From the IMG/VR virus record IMGVR_UViG_3300048074_000119: a DNA stretch of 44,525 nucleotides; one strand, written 5' to 3'. The first letter of the stretch is position 1, and each line of letters begins with the position of its first letter. Positions 27,741 to 36,349 of this stretch are shown in pieces. The position numbers were made by a program, and so were the translations under genes. Under the pieces are notes generated by a model. The model was given only the letters and a program-made list of their open reading frames with translations, searched no databases and was not told the origin of the DNA. The stretch comes from a virus.

Positions 27741-28268
27741 TCAGGGTTTGACGAACTCGCGTTCCGCCACCGTCAGCGTGGCCCACCCGGGGCGCAGGTG
27801 ACGGTCGTCGCCGAGCAGGACCGTCTGGCCACACCCGGAGACCACGTACTGCTCGCCGCGCCGCGCCTGGACTTCGGCGGCGTTCTTGCGGATGCGCTCG
27901 ACGAGGTCGGCCCGGATGTCAGGCTCCTCCTCCAGCTTGAGCGTGGCGAAGCTCAGGAACGCGAGGTGCTTGTAGTCGCCGTTCACCTCGACGGTGCGAT
28001 CGGCGTACCCAAGGCCAGTGCTGAACACGCCGATGAACAGCGGGTCGACCTCCGGCTCGGGCTCGGCCGGGCGGGACTGCCAGCTGATGGTCTGCCCTTC
28101 CGAGAGCCGCTTGGTCTCGGCGCGCGTGAGCTTGCGGCACGGTGTGCCCCCGGCCTTGCGCTTCGCGCTGCACTTCGTGCAGTACACGAAGCCCTTGTTG
28201 TCGATGTGCGTCACGGCGCCCTTGCAGGTCTTCTCCATGTCGCACTGGAGCTTGTCGGTGGTGATCAC
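27741..28268 (-). CDS. Hypothetical protein with N-terminal Cys motif
   Basis: GTG start; CDMEKTC...THIDNKGFVYCTKC. Confidence 0.65.
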   Translation of the reverse strand: MITTDKLQCDMEKTCKGAVTHIDNKGFVYCTKCSAKRKAGGTPCRKLTRAETKRLSEGQTISWQSRPAEPEPEVDPLFIGVFSTGLGYADRTVEVNGDYKHLAFLSFATLKLEEEPDIRADLVERIRKNAAEVQARRGEQYVVSGCGQTVLLGDDRHLRPGWATLTVAEREFVKP

Positions 28269-28807
28269 GGGATGTCCTCCACGTCTTCCAGTTCGAGCTG
28301 CGCCGCCGTCTCGGCCCGCGCGATCTCTTCGTTGTCGAAGCGGACCGCGGCCTCGCGCGCTTCGGCGCAGCCGGACGAGCAGAAGCGCTCGTCCTCCAAG
28401 TCCTGCATCATGTAGCTCTCGACGGGGAGCAGCTCGCCGCACTGGTCACACTTCGGCATGCCGTCGCGGATCTTCTGGGCCCGCTCGAGCGCGTTCTCTT
28501 CGGTGACGTCCGGGAAGGGACAGGTGGCCCCGGCCGTGAAGCCGAAGCCGAGCTCGATCGGTTCGTCCGGGTCACCCCCGGCCTTGCGGAGCGAGACCCA
28601 CGCCTTGCGCACCGCGATGGCGGCCTCGACGGCCTCCACGGGATCGCGGAAGGTGCGGCCCTCCCCAAGCGCCTTGAGAGCGCGGTGTGGCGTGAGTTCC
28701 CCGGGGTTGGAGTAGTTGGGCCCGCCTTGGGCGACCTCGACGGAGAGCGTGCCTTCCGGCCAGGCGCGCTGGCGGGAGACGTAGAACTGCATGATGTCCT
28801 TGCTCAT
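28265..28807 (-). CDS. Hypothetical protein with C-terminal zinc finger
   Basis: CDQCG...FCSSGC. Confidence 0.65.
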   Translation of the reverse strand: MSKDIMQFYVSRQRAWPEGTLSVEVAQGGPNYSNPGELTPHRALKALGEGRTFRDPVEAVEAAIAVRKAWVSLRKAGGDPDEPIELGFGFTAGATCPFPDVTEENALERAQKIRDGMPKCDQCGELLPVESYMMQDLEDERFCSSGCAEAREAAVRFDNEEIARAETAAQLELEDVEDIP

Positions 28808-28815
28808 GGTGGACC

Positions 28816-29025
28816 TCACGTGTGGATGTAGCCGTCGTCCTCGACGCCGACATACATCCCGTGCCGGTAGAAGAACCAGTTGCAGTTCAGGGTGTCGTAC
28901 TTGAGGTCCGCGAGGATCGCCTCGGCATCGTCGGGGTACGCCTTGCGGATCGCGGCCTTGATGGCCTCGTTGGGGATCAGCGGACTACCGGCCTTGATGG
29001 CCTCGACAAGCTGTGCGTGTTGCAT
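28816..29025 (-). CDS. Small hypothetical protein
   Basis: 69-aa ORF behind leader copy A. Confidence 0.7.
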   Translation of the reverse strand: MQHAQLVEAIKAGSPLIPNEAIKAAIRKAYPDDAEAILADLKYDTLNCNWFFYRHGMYVGVEDDGYIHT

Positions 29026-29036
29026 GGGAACCGTTG

Positions 29037-29157
29037 CCTTTCTGCGGGTGTTGACCGCGCCGAAGCACCCGACGCCGCCCGGGGGGGGGGATGGAACGAC
29101 GTCGAGTGCTTCGGTGCGGTGGCGAGCGGGAAGAACACCATGAGCAGACCGCTCGCC
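29037..29157 (-). repeat. Structured leader element, copy A
   Basis: Hairpin 1 + ~24-bp hairpin 2 (loop with GTTCC and C10) + CGCAGAAAGG. Confidence 0.8.
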
Positions 29158-29193
29158 CCGAGACCGTAAGCACCTCCTTTCAGCGTGTTGGAA

Positions 29194-29514
29194 TCACGAC
29201 TCCGTGTAGTCGTCGACCAGCCGACCGCGTGGCATCCCTTCGGTGTCGACGCGCAGTTCAGCCTTCTCGATGTGTCCAGATCCGCAGGCCGCGTCGAAGA
29301 ACACGCGCGCCCCGTCGAGGCTCGCAAAGCCCAGTTCGACCGTGCCGACCGATCCGCGGGCCACGTCGTAAGGCGTTCCGAGGTAGGGCAGATACCAGAC
29401 CATCGCCTTGGCGGTCTTGCAGTCGACCGCGTTCTCGGCGCCCGGCGGCAGGACCTGTTCGGTCCGTGCACCTGGACCGACGACGCGGGCGACGAAGGTG
29501 CGGCGGCCCATCAT
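29194..29514 (-). CDS. Hypothetical protein
   Basis: MMGRRTFVARV..., TGATG coupling. Confidence 0.55.
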   Translation of the reverse strand: MMGRRTFVARVVGPGARTEQVLPPGAENAVDCKTAKAMVWYLPYLGTPYDVARGSVGTVELGFASLDGARVFFDAACGSGHIEKAELRVDTEGMPRGRLVDDYTES

Positions 29515-29828
29515 CACTCGGCCGCCTGGTCGACGGGCTGGTTCGCCCTGACCACGGACCCGAGAAGGTCGAAGAGCCCGGCCAGCGCGTGCCCGGCCTT
29601 GACCGCGTCCATGAGTTCGGACCAATGGTCGTCGACGTCGCCCGTGCGGGCGAGGAACGCGAGCTGGTGGACGATGAGCCGCACCGCGGGATCCTTGGCG
29701 GGCTGGACGCCCTCGTCGCGGGCGGCGTTGGCCGCGCTCACGAGCGCATGGGCGATGCCGCTGATGTTGCAGGCACCGCCTTGGATGCCCTCGGCGGCGT
29801 AGAAACGACTGCGGGTGAACTGGATCAT
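29514..29828 (-). CDS. Hypothetical protein
   Basis: MIQFTRSRF...GACNISGIAH...DPAVRLIVHQLAFL. Confidence 0.7.
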   Translation of the reverse strand: MIQFTRSRFYAAEGIQGGACNISGIAHALVSAANAARDEGVQPAKDPAVRLIVHQLAFLARTGDVDDHWSELMDAVKAGHALAGLFDLLGSVVRANQPVDQAAE

Positions 29829-29836
29829 GATCGTGG

Positions 29837-29944
29837 CCTTTCTGCGGGATGGGCCCGCGACGAAGCACGCGACCCCGCTACCCCGGGGGGGTGTGGGGAA
29901 CAGACGGTCGCGTGCTTCGTCGCGAGGGCGACCCAAGGTCGCCC
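29837..29944 (-). repeat. Structured leader element, copy B
   Basis: GGGCGACC-ttg-GGTCGCCC + 20-bp stem TCGCGACGAAGCACGCGACC/GGTCGCGTGCTTCGTCGCGG + CGCAGAAAGG. Confidence 0.85.
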
Positions 29945-29951
29945 CCACCGG

Positions 29952-30446
29952 TCAGGCGTCAGTTGCAGCTTGGAGCTGCGCCCCGAGCGCTTGGACGGCC
30001 TCGGCGGCCGACTTCGCAGCCTTCGCGGCCGCCTCCTTCGCGAGCCGCACCTTGACCACCTTGATGATCGTCTGGAGTTCCTGCACCTGCTCCGGGCGGA
30101 GACCCGCCGCGAAGCGCTCGAGGAACAGTTCGGCCTTGTCGAAGTCGTATCCCGAGAGGCCGTGCCAGTGGACGTGGCCCTTCTCGTCCTTGAACATCGC
30201 CCCGAAGGGGTTGTACGTCGAGGCGTGGGGCTTGTTCCAGAACTCGCCCTCGCGCTTCGGATTCGTGGTCTGCGAGACGAACCGAGTCCCCTTGCGGGGG
30301 TGGACGTCCAGCCAGTAGCGGATCTTGCACCGGAGCGAGCGCCCGTACGGGTAGTCCTCCACCAGCAGGGCGGTCTCGGGCGAGTAGTGCCCGGAGAGGA
30401 CTTCGACGACGTTCGCGAATGGATTGGGCTTGTCTCCGATGAACAT
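29952..30446 (-). CDS. Hypothetical protein
   Basis: 164-aa ORF (VEDYPYG..LRC...WNKP..STY) behind CGCAGAAAGG. Confidence 0.75.
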   Translation of the reverse strand: MFIGDKPNPFANVVEVLSGHYSPETALLVEDYPYGRSLRCKIRYWLDVHPRKGTRFVSQTTNPKREGEFWNKPHASTYNPFGAMFKDEKGHVHWHGLSGYDFDKAELFLERFAAGLRPEQVQELQTIIKVVKVRLAKEAAAKAAKSAAEAVQALGAQLQAATDA

Positions 30447-30476
30447 GACGTGGGCCTTTCTGCGGCGGAGCCGCGC

Positions 30477-31184
30477 TCAGAACTGGGGCCGAGCAGGCAA
30501 CGGCGCCTGCTCGATCATGGCGAGCACCTCGGCGGCGCTCGCGGGGGGAACGGGGAGCGCGCCGACCTTCGGGCGCCCGTAGGCACACGACACGGCGGTG
30601 TCGACGTCAGCGAGGCAGCTCGGGTGTCCCGAGCACCGCGCGAGGCCGACGTAGTGCCGATCGCGGTACAGGCCCTCGGCCTTCTGCGTCGCGGCGCGGG
30701 CCGCGTGAACGTTCGTGGCCGCATCCCACTGCCTCCGCGAGAGGGGCGAGGGGTACTTGCGGTCCTCTGGCGGGGTCTCGATCCAGGCGAGGATCTGATC
30801 GCGGAGCTTCATGCGAAACTCCGACTTGAGCTTGGCGCCGAGGAGGGCGCAGGCGGTGGCGCGCTCGACGCTGCCGCCGATCCGCTTCAGGCCGCGCTGC
30901 CACGCCTCGGGCCAGCGGGGGTCGGCCCAGGCCCACACGTACTTCCAGTCCACCACGGAGCCGACCCACTCCTCGGGCTTGAGCCACGAGGGGAGGACGA
31001 CGTCGTGGCGCTCGTACTTGTGGCACTCGACGGGCATGTCGAAGTCGAAGCCCGCGCAGCAGGTCGCCATGACCTTGAGCAGCGGCTCGTCCTCCGCACG
31101 CCAAGGGCGCAGGGGACTCGCGGGCGTGGGGGCGTTCTCCCCGTCCTTCACGAAGAGGAACGGGGTCGCCGTGAACAGAGCCAC
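30477..31184 (-). CDS. Hypothetical protein
   Basis: 235-aa ORF, high GC3. Confidence 0.7.
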   Translation of the reverse strand: MALFTATPFLFVKDGENAPTPASPLRPWRAEDEPLLKVMATCCAGFDFDMPVECHKYERHDVVLPSWLKPEEWVGSVVDWKYVWAWADPRWPEAWQRGLKRIGGSVERATACALLGAKLKSEFRMKLRDQILAWIETPPEDRKYPSPLSRRQWDAATNVHAARAATQKAEGLYRDRHYVGLARCSGHPSCLADVDTAVSCAYGRPKVGALPVPPASAAEVLAMIEQAPLPARPQF

Positions 31185-31194
31185 GGCGACGCCC

Positions 31195-31746
31195 TCAGTG
31201 CCCCGCCGAGCGGTCGACCCGCTCCGCGAAGTAGCGGCCCTTGTTCGCCCGGTCGGGCCAGAACGCGACGATGGGGACGTTGTCGCCCTCGCCCTCGACG
31301 ATGCCGAAGGTCGCGTAGATGGTCTCGCCGCCGACGAGCTTCACCGTCCGGTGCATGAAGGCCGGGGGGAGCATGTCGAGGAACTCGTCGGCGAGCCCCT
31401 CCGTGACCTCCACCCGCTCTCCCTTGTGGACCGCCTCGTAGAACGCCTTACGGTCGCCATCGCCGGTGAACATGGTGGGCCTTTCTGCGGGACTCTCCCC
31501 GCGTGGTTCTGCGTCGGAAGGGGAGCACCCCCACGCCTTGAAGGCCAGACCGTAGTCTGTCCCCTCGGCCTTGAGGATCGTGGCGAGCGTGTTCCAGCAC
31601 GCCGCGTTCACGTCGCCGCCGTCGTCGGTGTCGACGTAGACGTGTTCGGTGCCAGCGCGGGCGATGAGCCCGGCCCGCTGGCATGCATCGGTGATCTGGC
31701 CGACGAGGGTCGGGCCGGTCCACGCGCGGATGCGGAAGCGGGCCAT
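31195..31746 (-). CDS. Hypothetical protein, probably two genes fused in frame (internal start at 31473, DUF1419-like second half)
   Basis: Internal CGCAGAAAGG-N6-ATG at 31473; EVTEGLADEFLDMLPP. Confidence 0.55.
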   Translation of the reverse strand: MARFRIRAWTGPTLVGQITDACQRAGLIARAGTEHVYVDTDDGGDVNAACWNTLATILKAEGTDYGLAFKAWGCSPSDAEPRGESPAERPTMFTGDGDRKAFYEAVHKGERVEVTEGLADEFLDMLPPAFMHRTVKLVGGETIYATFGIVEGEGDNVPIVAFWPDRANKGRYFAERVDRSAGH

Positions 31747-32042
31747 CAGCTGGCCCTCTGCGCGTTCTCGACCTCGGCCTCGCGGCGGGCCGTGGCGACC
31801 GTGACGACCGCGACCGGGGACACCTTGCGGATGTCGACCCAGAGCGATCGTGCGTCACCCAGCGTGTGGCTGTTCCCCGTCGAGAAGTAGACGGCCTGGG
31901 TTTTGAACCAGAGCCGCGTGACCCCGTCCGGGGACGTGGCGTGCGGCACCTTGAGGGGGCCCGAGATGGCCCACCCGGTCGCACGGAGGTGCGCGATCAG
32001 TTCCTCGCGCGCCGTTGCAAACGTCTTCGTCTTCTGCGACAT
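31746..32042 (-). CDS. Hypothetical protein
   Basis: MSQKTKTF... behind leader copy E. Confidence 0.7.
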   Translation of the reverse strand: MSQKTKTFATAREELIAHLRATGWAISGPLKVPHATSPDGVTRLWFKTQAVYFSTGNSHTLGDARSLWVDIRKVSPVAVVTVATARREAEVENAQRAS

Positions 32043-32049
32043 GACGTGT

Positions 32050-32128
32050 CCTTTCTGCGGCGAAGCCGCGCCGAAAGGCCCCACGAGGTGGAACCCTTCG
32101 GTGCGGGGGCGAGCGCTGGGCTCGCCCC
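32050..32128 (-). repeat. Structured leader element, copy E
   Basis: GGGGCGAGC/GCTCGCCCC hairpin + CGCACCGAAGGG/CCTTTCGGCGCG stem + CGCAGAAAGG. Confidence 0.8.
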
Positions 32129-32134
32129 ACCGTG

Positions 32135-32503
32135 TCAGGCAGCCCGAACCGTGGCCGCGAGCGCGACCACGAGCGCGGCCAGCTCGCGTTCATACACGTT
32201 CAGCGTGCGCTGGATGCTCGGCATGATGTGTTCCGAGACGATGAGGCTGCGACAGAGGTTCCCGATCGTGTTCGCGATCAGGTACTGCGTCGACATGTAC
32301 GGGCTGCCGAGGCGCGCCATGTCGGCGGCCCCCGTCAGGTAGGACAGCCTTCGGCAGAGTTCGGCGTCGGGATCGTCTTCGTCATCGCCGATCGGCCGAT
32401 GCACAGCCGACCACTCGACGGGGTCGGAGAACCCGAGGTCGTACCAGTCCGTGCGGAAGCGATCGAGGAAGACTCGGATCACTTCGCGTTCGTCATGCGT
32501 CAT
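32135..32503 (-). CDS. Hypothetical protein
   Basis: MTHDEREVI..., ATGA overlap. Confidence 0.6.
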   Translation of the reverse strand: MTHDEREVIRVFLDRFRTDWYDLGFSDPVEWSAVHRPIGDDEDDPDAELCRRLSYLTGAADMARLGSPYMSTQYLIANTIGNLCRSLIVSEHIMPSIQRTLNVYERELAALVVALAATVRAA

Positions 32504-32901
32504 CGGAAGGCCCTTCCTGCCGCGCTCCGCGCGCGGCGCTTGCCCTTGGGCGCTTCGCGCACCGGGGGCGATGGGGTCGGCTGCGTCGCGTCGTACGCGA
32601 GGGTGGCCGACATGTAGAGGTAGCCGTAGGACCGCCGCGGGCTGTACCGCAGCCGATAGAGGTCGCCCTCGATCGAGTAGGTGTTGCTGTCCGACGGATC
32701 GGGCAGGTTCGCGCGGAGCAGCGGCAGGGCCTTGCTGTTCAGCCAGGCCGCCATGGACTCGCGTTCCGCTTGGGAGGCTTCGCCCTCGACGCCGCTCCGA
32801 TCCCACAGGAGATCGAGCGCACCATCCCGAAGGATGCCGCGCGCCGACCAGTGGAACCGAGGGTCGCCCTCGGGCTCGAGCCCCCAACCCTTGGGAGGCA
32901 T
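32500..32901 (-). CDS. Hypothetical protein
   Basis: 133-aa ORF with SPRRSYGYLY. Confidence 0.65.
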   Translation of the reverse strand: MPPKGWGLEPEGDPRFHWSARGILRDGALDLLWDRSGVEGEASQAERESMAAWLNSKALPLLRANLPDPSDSNTYSIEGDLYRLRYSPRRSYGYLYMSATLAYDATQPTPSPPVREAPKGKRRARSAAGRAFR

Positions 32902-33104
32902 CAGTAGCCCCCGCGCTCGTCACGATCGGCGCAACGGTCGCACTGGTAGCCGCGCGCCTTGTCGGCGGGCGTCAACCGGTTCGGTGCCTTGCACGTGGGG
33001 CACGGCAGGTTCCGGGGGTTGGACTTCGTCGCCGCGCGAAGGGCCGAACGGCCACCGGGGTCCGCGAATTCGAGATCCCCGTCGTCATCGTCATCGTAGT
33101 ACAT
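32901..33104 (-). CDS. Small zinc-ribbon protein
   Basis: CPTC...CDRC; behind leader copy F. Confidence 0.75.
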   Translation of the reverse strand: MYYDDDDDGDLEFADPGGRSALRAATKSNPRNLPCPTCKAPNRLTPADKARGYQCDRCADRDERGGY

Positions 33105-33109
33105 GGCTT

Positions 33110-33202
33110 CCTTTCAGCGAGCCGAATGCCCGCGCCTCGACCCCGGAACCGGATGGTGTCCAGGGTCGAGGTGCGAGGGCGAACAGGGGTCGCCTGTTCG
33201 CC
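33110..33202 (-). repeat. Structured leader element, copy F
   Basis: GGCGAACAGG/CCTGTTCGCC hairpin + CTCGCACCTCGACCC/GGGTCGAGGCGCGGG stem + CGCTGAAAGG. Confidence 0.85.
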
Positions 33203-33275
33203 TCGGAACCATGCGCGGCCGTCAGCCGCGTGTGTCTTCTGCGGTAGAGCATGAGTCCTCCGCTTGGGTGGTCGG

Positions 33276-33434
33276 TCACTCGATCGAATTGAACGCTTCG
33301 CGCAGCTCGCGCCGCGCCTCGTGCCGCTCGCGACGTCGCTGCGCCGCGCCGTGCCAAGCCAGGCACGGATCCTGATGACGCAGCCGAACCGAACGATCGC
33401 GCCGACGGTGGCGCGGCTTCTCACTGTGGAACAT
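33276..33434 (-). CDS. Arg-rich 52-aa peptide
   Basis: Manual translation MFHSEKPRHRRRDRSVRLRH...; behind leader copy G. Confidence 0.5.
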   Translation of the reverse strand: MFHSEKPRHRRRDRSVRLRHQDPCLAWHGAAQRRRERHEARRELREAFNSIE

Positions 33435-33439
33435 GGGTG

Positions 33440-33734
33440 CCTTTCAGCGGAGCAGTGGAGCCCCGCGTGAGACACCCCGAGACGTTGTCGGCGTCCGGCC
33501 GGACCCACCGACGGAGCGACTGGAGAACCGTTCGACGGCGAAGGCTTCCTCAGTTTCCACACGTTGGGCTGCTCGTCCCATCGCCCCATGCCGCGGCACG
33601 GTTTGATTGTTGGGAGTCGCCAAGGCCACGATGGGCATGAGGAAGAGGAAACCCCTTCCGTGTCATGAACGGCGCTCGCTTGCGCCCACTACGTCTCAGG
33701 ATGTCTCACGCGAGGGGGAGCGCGAACGCTCCCC
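33440..33734 (-). ncRNA. Structured leader copy G enclosing a ~205-nt candidate structured RNA
   Basis: 24-bp closing stem (33462-33485/33691-33714) with three G.U pairs on the minus strand; nested internal helices. Confidence 0.6.
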
Positions 33735-33739
33735 ACCCG

Positions 33740-33988
33740 CTACGCCTTGTCGTGCCCAGGGCGGCTCAGGGCGCGATGACGCCGCGCCTCCCGAAGATGG
33801 GCCTGTGCGACCGCGAGGGAGGCGTCGACGAGGCGACTGTACGCCCTCCCGACGAGACCATTCGCCCCGGCCGAGCGGCGCAGGTGACGCCGCGCATCGG
33901 CCAGAAACCGGGCCGCCGTGCGCTCCACGCGCGCCGCGTACCCCACACGGTCGACCTTCCGAAGCGACTTTCGCTGTGCTCGTGCCAT
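33740..33988 (-). CDS. Small basic hypothetical protein
   Basis: 82-aa ORF behind leader copy H. Confidence 0.6.
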   Translation of the reverse strand: MARAQRKSLRKVDRVGYAARVERTAARFLADARRHLRRSAGANGLVGRAYSRLVDASLAVAQAHLREARRHRALSRPGHDKA

Positions 33989-33993
33989 TGTTG

Positions 33994-34089
33994 CCTTTCA
34001 GCGTTGCCCACAACGGGCCCCGCGCCACGACCCCGGAACCGACAGGCGGATCCAGGGTCGAGGTGCGAGGGGGAGCGCGAACGCTCCCC
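33994..34089 (-). repeat. Structured leader element, copy H
   Basis: GGGGAGCG-TTCG-CGCTCCCC + long stem + CGCTGAAAGG; ~70 bp nearly identical to copy J. Confidence 0.9.
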
Positions 34090-34093
34090 ACTC

Positions 34094-34435
34094 CTACGTG
34101 GACTGCTCGATTTCCGTCAGGAAGGGCAATGCCCACCCCGGAATTGCCCGCGCGGTGTAGAACGCATCGGCTTCGACGCGCTTGCCCTCGCGGAAACACT
34201 TGGAGACTTCGTTCGGGGTGCTCTCGTCATACACGGCGACGTCGAGTTGCCCGTTCGACATGACTCGCACCGAGATACACCCCGGCGTGTTGGGTCGGCC
34301 GATGACGGCCAACGTGGCGCTTTCGGCGCGTAGACGCCACCCCCGCCCCAAAGGGTCGGTTTCGCGCGTGTGCCCCCCGCCCCATGGGAACGTGCCCTCC
34401 CACGACTGCTTGGCGGAGATCGAAAACTCCATCAT
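34094..34435 (-). CDS. Hypothetical protein
   Basis: 113-aa ORF behind leader copy I. Confidence 0.65.
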   Translation of the reverse strand: MMEFSISAKQSWEGTFPWGGGHTRETDPLGRGWRLRAESATLAVIGRPNTPGCISVRVMSNGQLDVAVYDESTPNEVSKCFREGKRVEADAFYTARAIPGWALPFLTEIEQST

Positions 34436-34440
34436 GGCTG

Positions 34441-34527
34441 CCTTTCAGCGGGCCCACCACGGGCCCCGCGCCACGACCCAGGAACGGATCCAGGGTCGAG
34501 GTGCGAGGGGGAGCGCGAACGCTCCCC
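34441..34527 (-). repeat. Structured leader element, copy I
   Basis: Same architecture with a shortened loop. Confidence 0.9.
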
Positions 34528-34550
34528 GCACGCTTCTAGGTGCATGCAGT

Positions 34551-34654
34551 CCTTTCCGCGGCCCTTCGCATATCTTGGCGAGTCCCGCGCCTCGACCCCG
34601 GAACCGACAGGCGGATCCAGGGTCGAGGTGCGAGGGGGAGCGCGAACGCTCCCC
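34551..34654 (-). repeat. Structured leader element, copy J (no full gene downstream)
   Basis: Same architecture; only ~23 nt separate it from copy I. Confidence 0.9.
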
Positions 34655-34660
34655 GCCACA

Positions 34661-35500
34661 CTACTTGCGACGCAGCCAGCGCTGGCCCGCGCCGAACGAA
34701 TCGTCGCGCGCCTTGCCTTCCAAGTTGGCAGGCCGGTTCGGGGCGAGAACCACCCCGCCGCGCCGTTGCATCATGTCGGCGCCCGGGCGCAGCTTGCCGA
34801 ATTGCTCGCCATGTTCGTTCGACCATGCGAGGTTCGCGGCATTCGCATCCAGCGCCGCTTGCGCGACGTTGTGGCGCACCGACTGATACATGATCTCGAC
34901 GTCCCGAAGCGAGCCGCCACGTTCCATCCGAAGCCGCGCCCGAAGCGCGGTGTCGGGGTCGTGTTCCGCCATGAATTTGAACATGGCGTCGAGACTCACC
35001 CCGACCGCTTCGCGCTCCGGCTTCGGCTCCTCGCCGATCGGGAGCATGGTCGTGTGATAGACCGGTCGCGACTGAACGCTTCCGACGGATGCGCACGTCT
35101 GACCGACGAGAGCCCCGGGCCTGTAGGCCGACGCGCTACCGCGCCGACAGACGCCCAGTTGCTGAACGGACACCGCGTAGGCGAGCCGTTCGAGCGGTGT
35201 CGCGCCGTGGCCGAGGAGACGGATCCCGCAACGCGAGCCGCCCCGCCGACACCCGACGCGGACCGTGGTCCGCACGTAGACTTGCCGCATGACGCCGCCC
35301 GGTTTCACCTCGCGATCGGTCGCTTCCGCGACGACCGGGGTCACCGTGGCCACGACCGCGACCGGGACAGGCGGAGGTTTGACCTCGACCTTCGGCGCCT
35401 TGGGCGCCTTGCGCTTGACCGGTTCGACCGGCGGGGGCGCCACGACGATGCTGGGCATCGAAGCCGCGGCCCCTTGCACAATTCTGCGCATGGTTCGCAT
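34661..35500 (-). CDS. Hypothetical protein (first gene of the leftward block)
   Basis: 279-aa ORF behind leader copy K; Pro/Lys-rich N-terminus. Confidence 0.65.
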   Translation of the reverse strand: MRTMRRIVQGAAASMPSIVVAPPPVEPVKRKAPKAPKVEVKPPPVPVAVVATVTPVVAEATDREVKPGGVMRQVYVRTTVRVGCRRGGSRCGIRLLGHGATPLERLAYAVSVQQLGVCRRGSASAYRPGALVGQTCASVGSVQSRPVYHTTMLPIGEEPKPEREAVGVSLDAMFKFMAEHDPDTALRARLRMERGGSLRDVEIMYQSVRHNVAQAALDANAANLAWSNEHGEQFGKLRPGADMMQRRGGVVLAPNRPANLEGKARDDSFGAGQRWLRRK

Positions 35501-35505
35501 GGTTT

Positions 35506-35601
35506 CCTTTCGCGGTACCCGCTATGGGTCTCGCACCAAAACCCCGGTACTGCGCTTGCAGTCCAGGGCTTTGGCACGAGGGCGAATCTTGCGATTCGCC
35601 C
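35506..35601 (-). repeat. Structured leader element, copy K
   Basis: GGGCGAATC-GCAA-GATTCGCCC + 18-bp stem with four G.U pairs + CGCGAAAGG. Confidence 0.8.
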
Positions 35602-36349
35602 CCGCACCGATCGAGGCTCACAACCTCGACAGGCCGGGGCACGTTACCGTGCAGACATGGGCCTTTGCTCTCGCGTTACCGCCCCCGTAGGGTTCACATA
35701 CCAGCGACCCGCGACGCTTGCGCATCTAGCAGGCTCGCCGCTGTGATTTTGCGGCACCCGGGGCTCACAACCCCTTTCCAATCGTCAGAGCACGTCACCG
35801 TGCAACATAGACGCTTTCGCGACCGCCTCTTACGAGCGATTGCCTTGCGGCAACCCTTTGCGGTACCCGGCCTGTTCGACCGTTCCCGGACTCCCGCTAG
35901 GCCGGCCAGGGCTCGCAACCCTGACTTCCTAGCGGACCGTGCCTGTAGCGCGCCGACCTTTGGCGTTTCCATGCTGCTAACACAAGCGCTCGTTTCCGAG
36001 GGGCGCGGGTGAAGCATGGCCCGGAACGATTCCGGGTGAAGCGTTGCACACCATATGCAACCGGTCGACGCGACGTGACGTATGTAGCCTGTACGTAGGC
36101 CAGTCGCTATCCGCGTTGCTCGCGTTGTGAGAGGCCGCGGGGTAATCCCGTGGCATCGCGCCGCTTGCTTCGCTTGCGCACCGTAGGACCGGGCCCCTGT
36201 CACGGGGGGCCGAGTCTTCTAGGACGGAACCAAACCGCCCTAGATGTGCCTGTATTGCCGCCGCATTACCCCTATGGCGGGGGGGAGACGCCTAGTCGGA
36301 AACCGACAGTCAACGTCTACCAACTAGCGTTCCGCCGAACCAAACCCTC

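Noticed and set aside
33110-34654. Repeats as a CRISPR array
   Set aside because: Units are 80-100 bp, divergent and separated by whole genes; no constant spacer length and no cas genes
33994-34654. Plus-strand GGAAC...GTC as ECF sigma promoters
   Set aside because: Spacing varies (17 versus 9 nt) and the orientation is antisense to the genes
29037-35601. Leader elements as integron attC sites
   Set aside because: No RYYYAAC/GTTRRRY cores and no integrase in the window; G.U bias favours RNA structure
29037-35601. Hairpin 1 as intrinsic terminators, or the elements as hammerhead ribozymes
   Set aside because: No U-tracts follow the hairpins; the CUGAUGA core is absent
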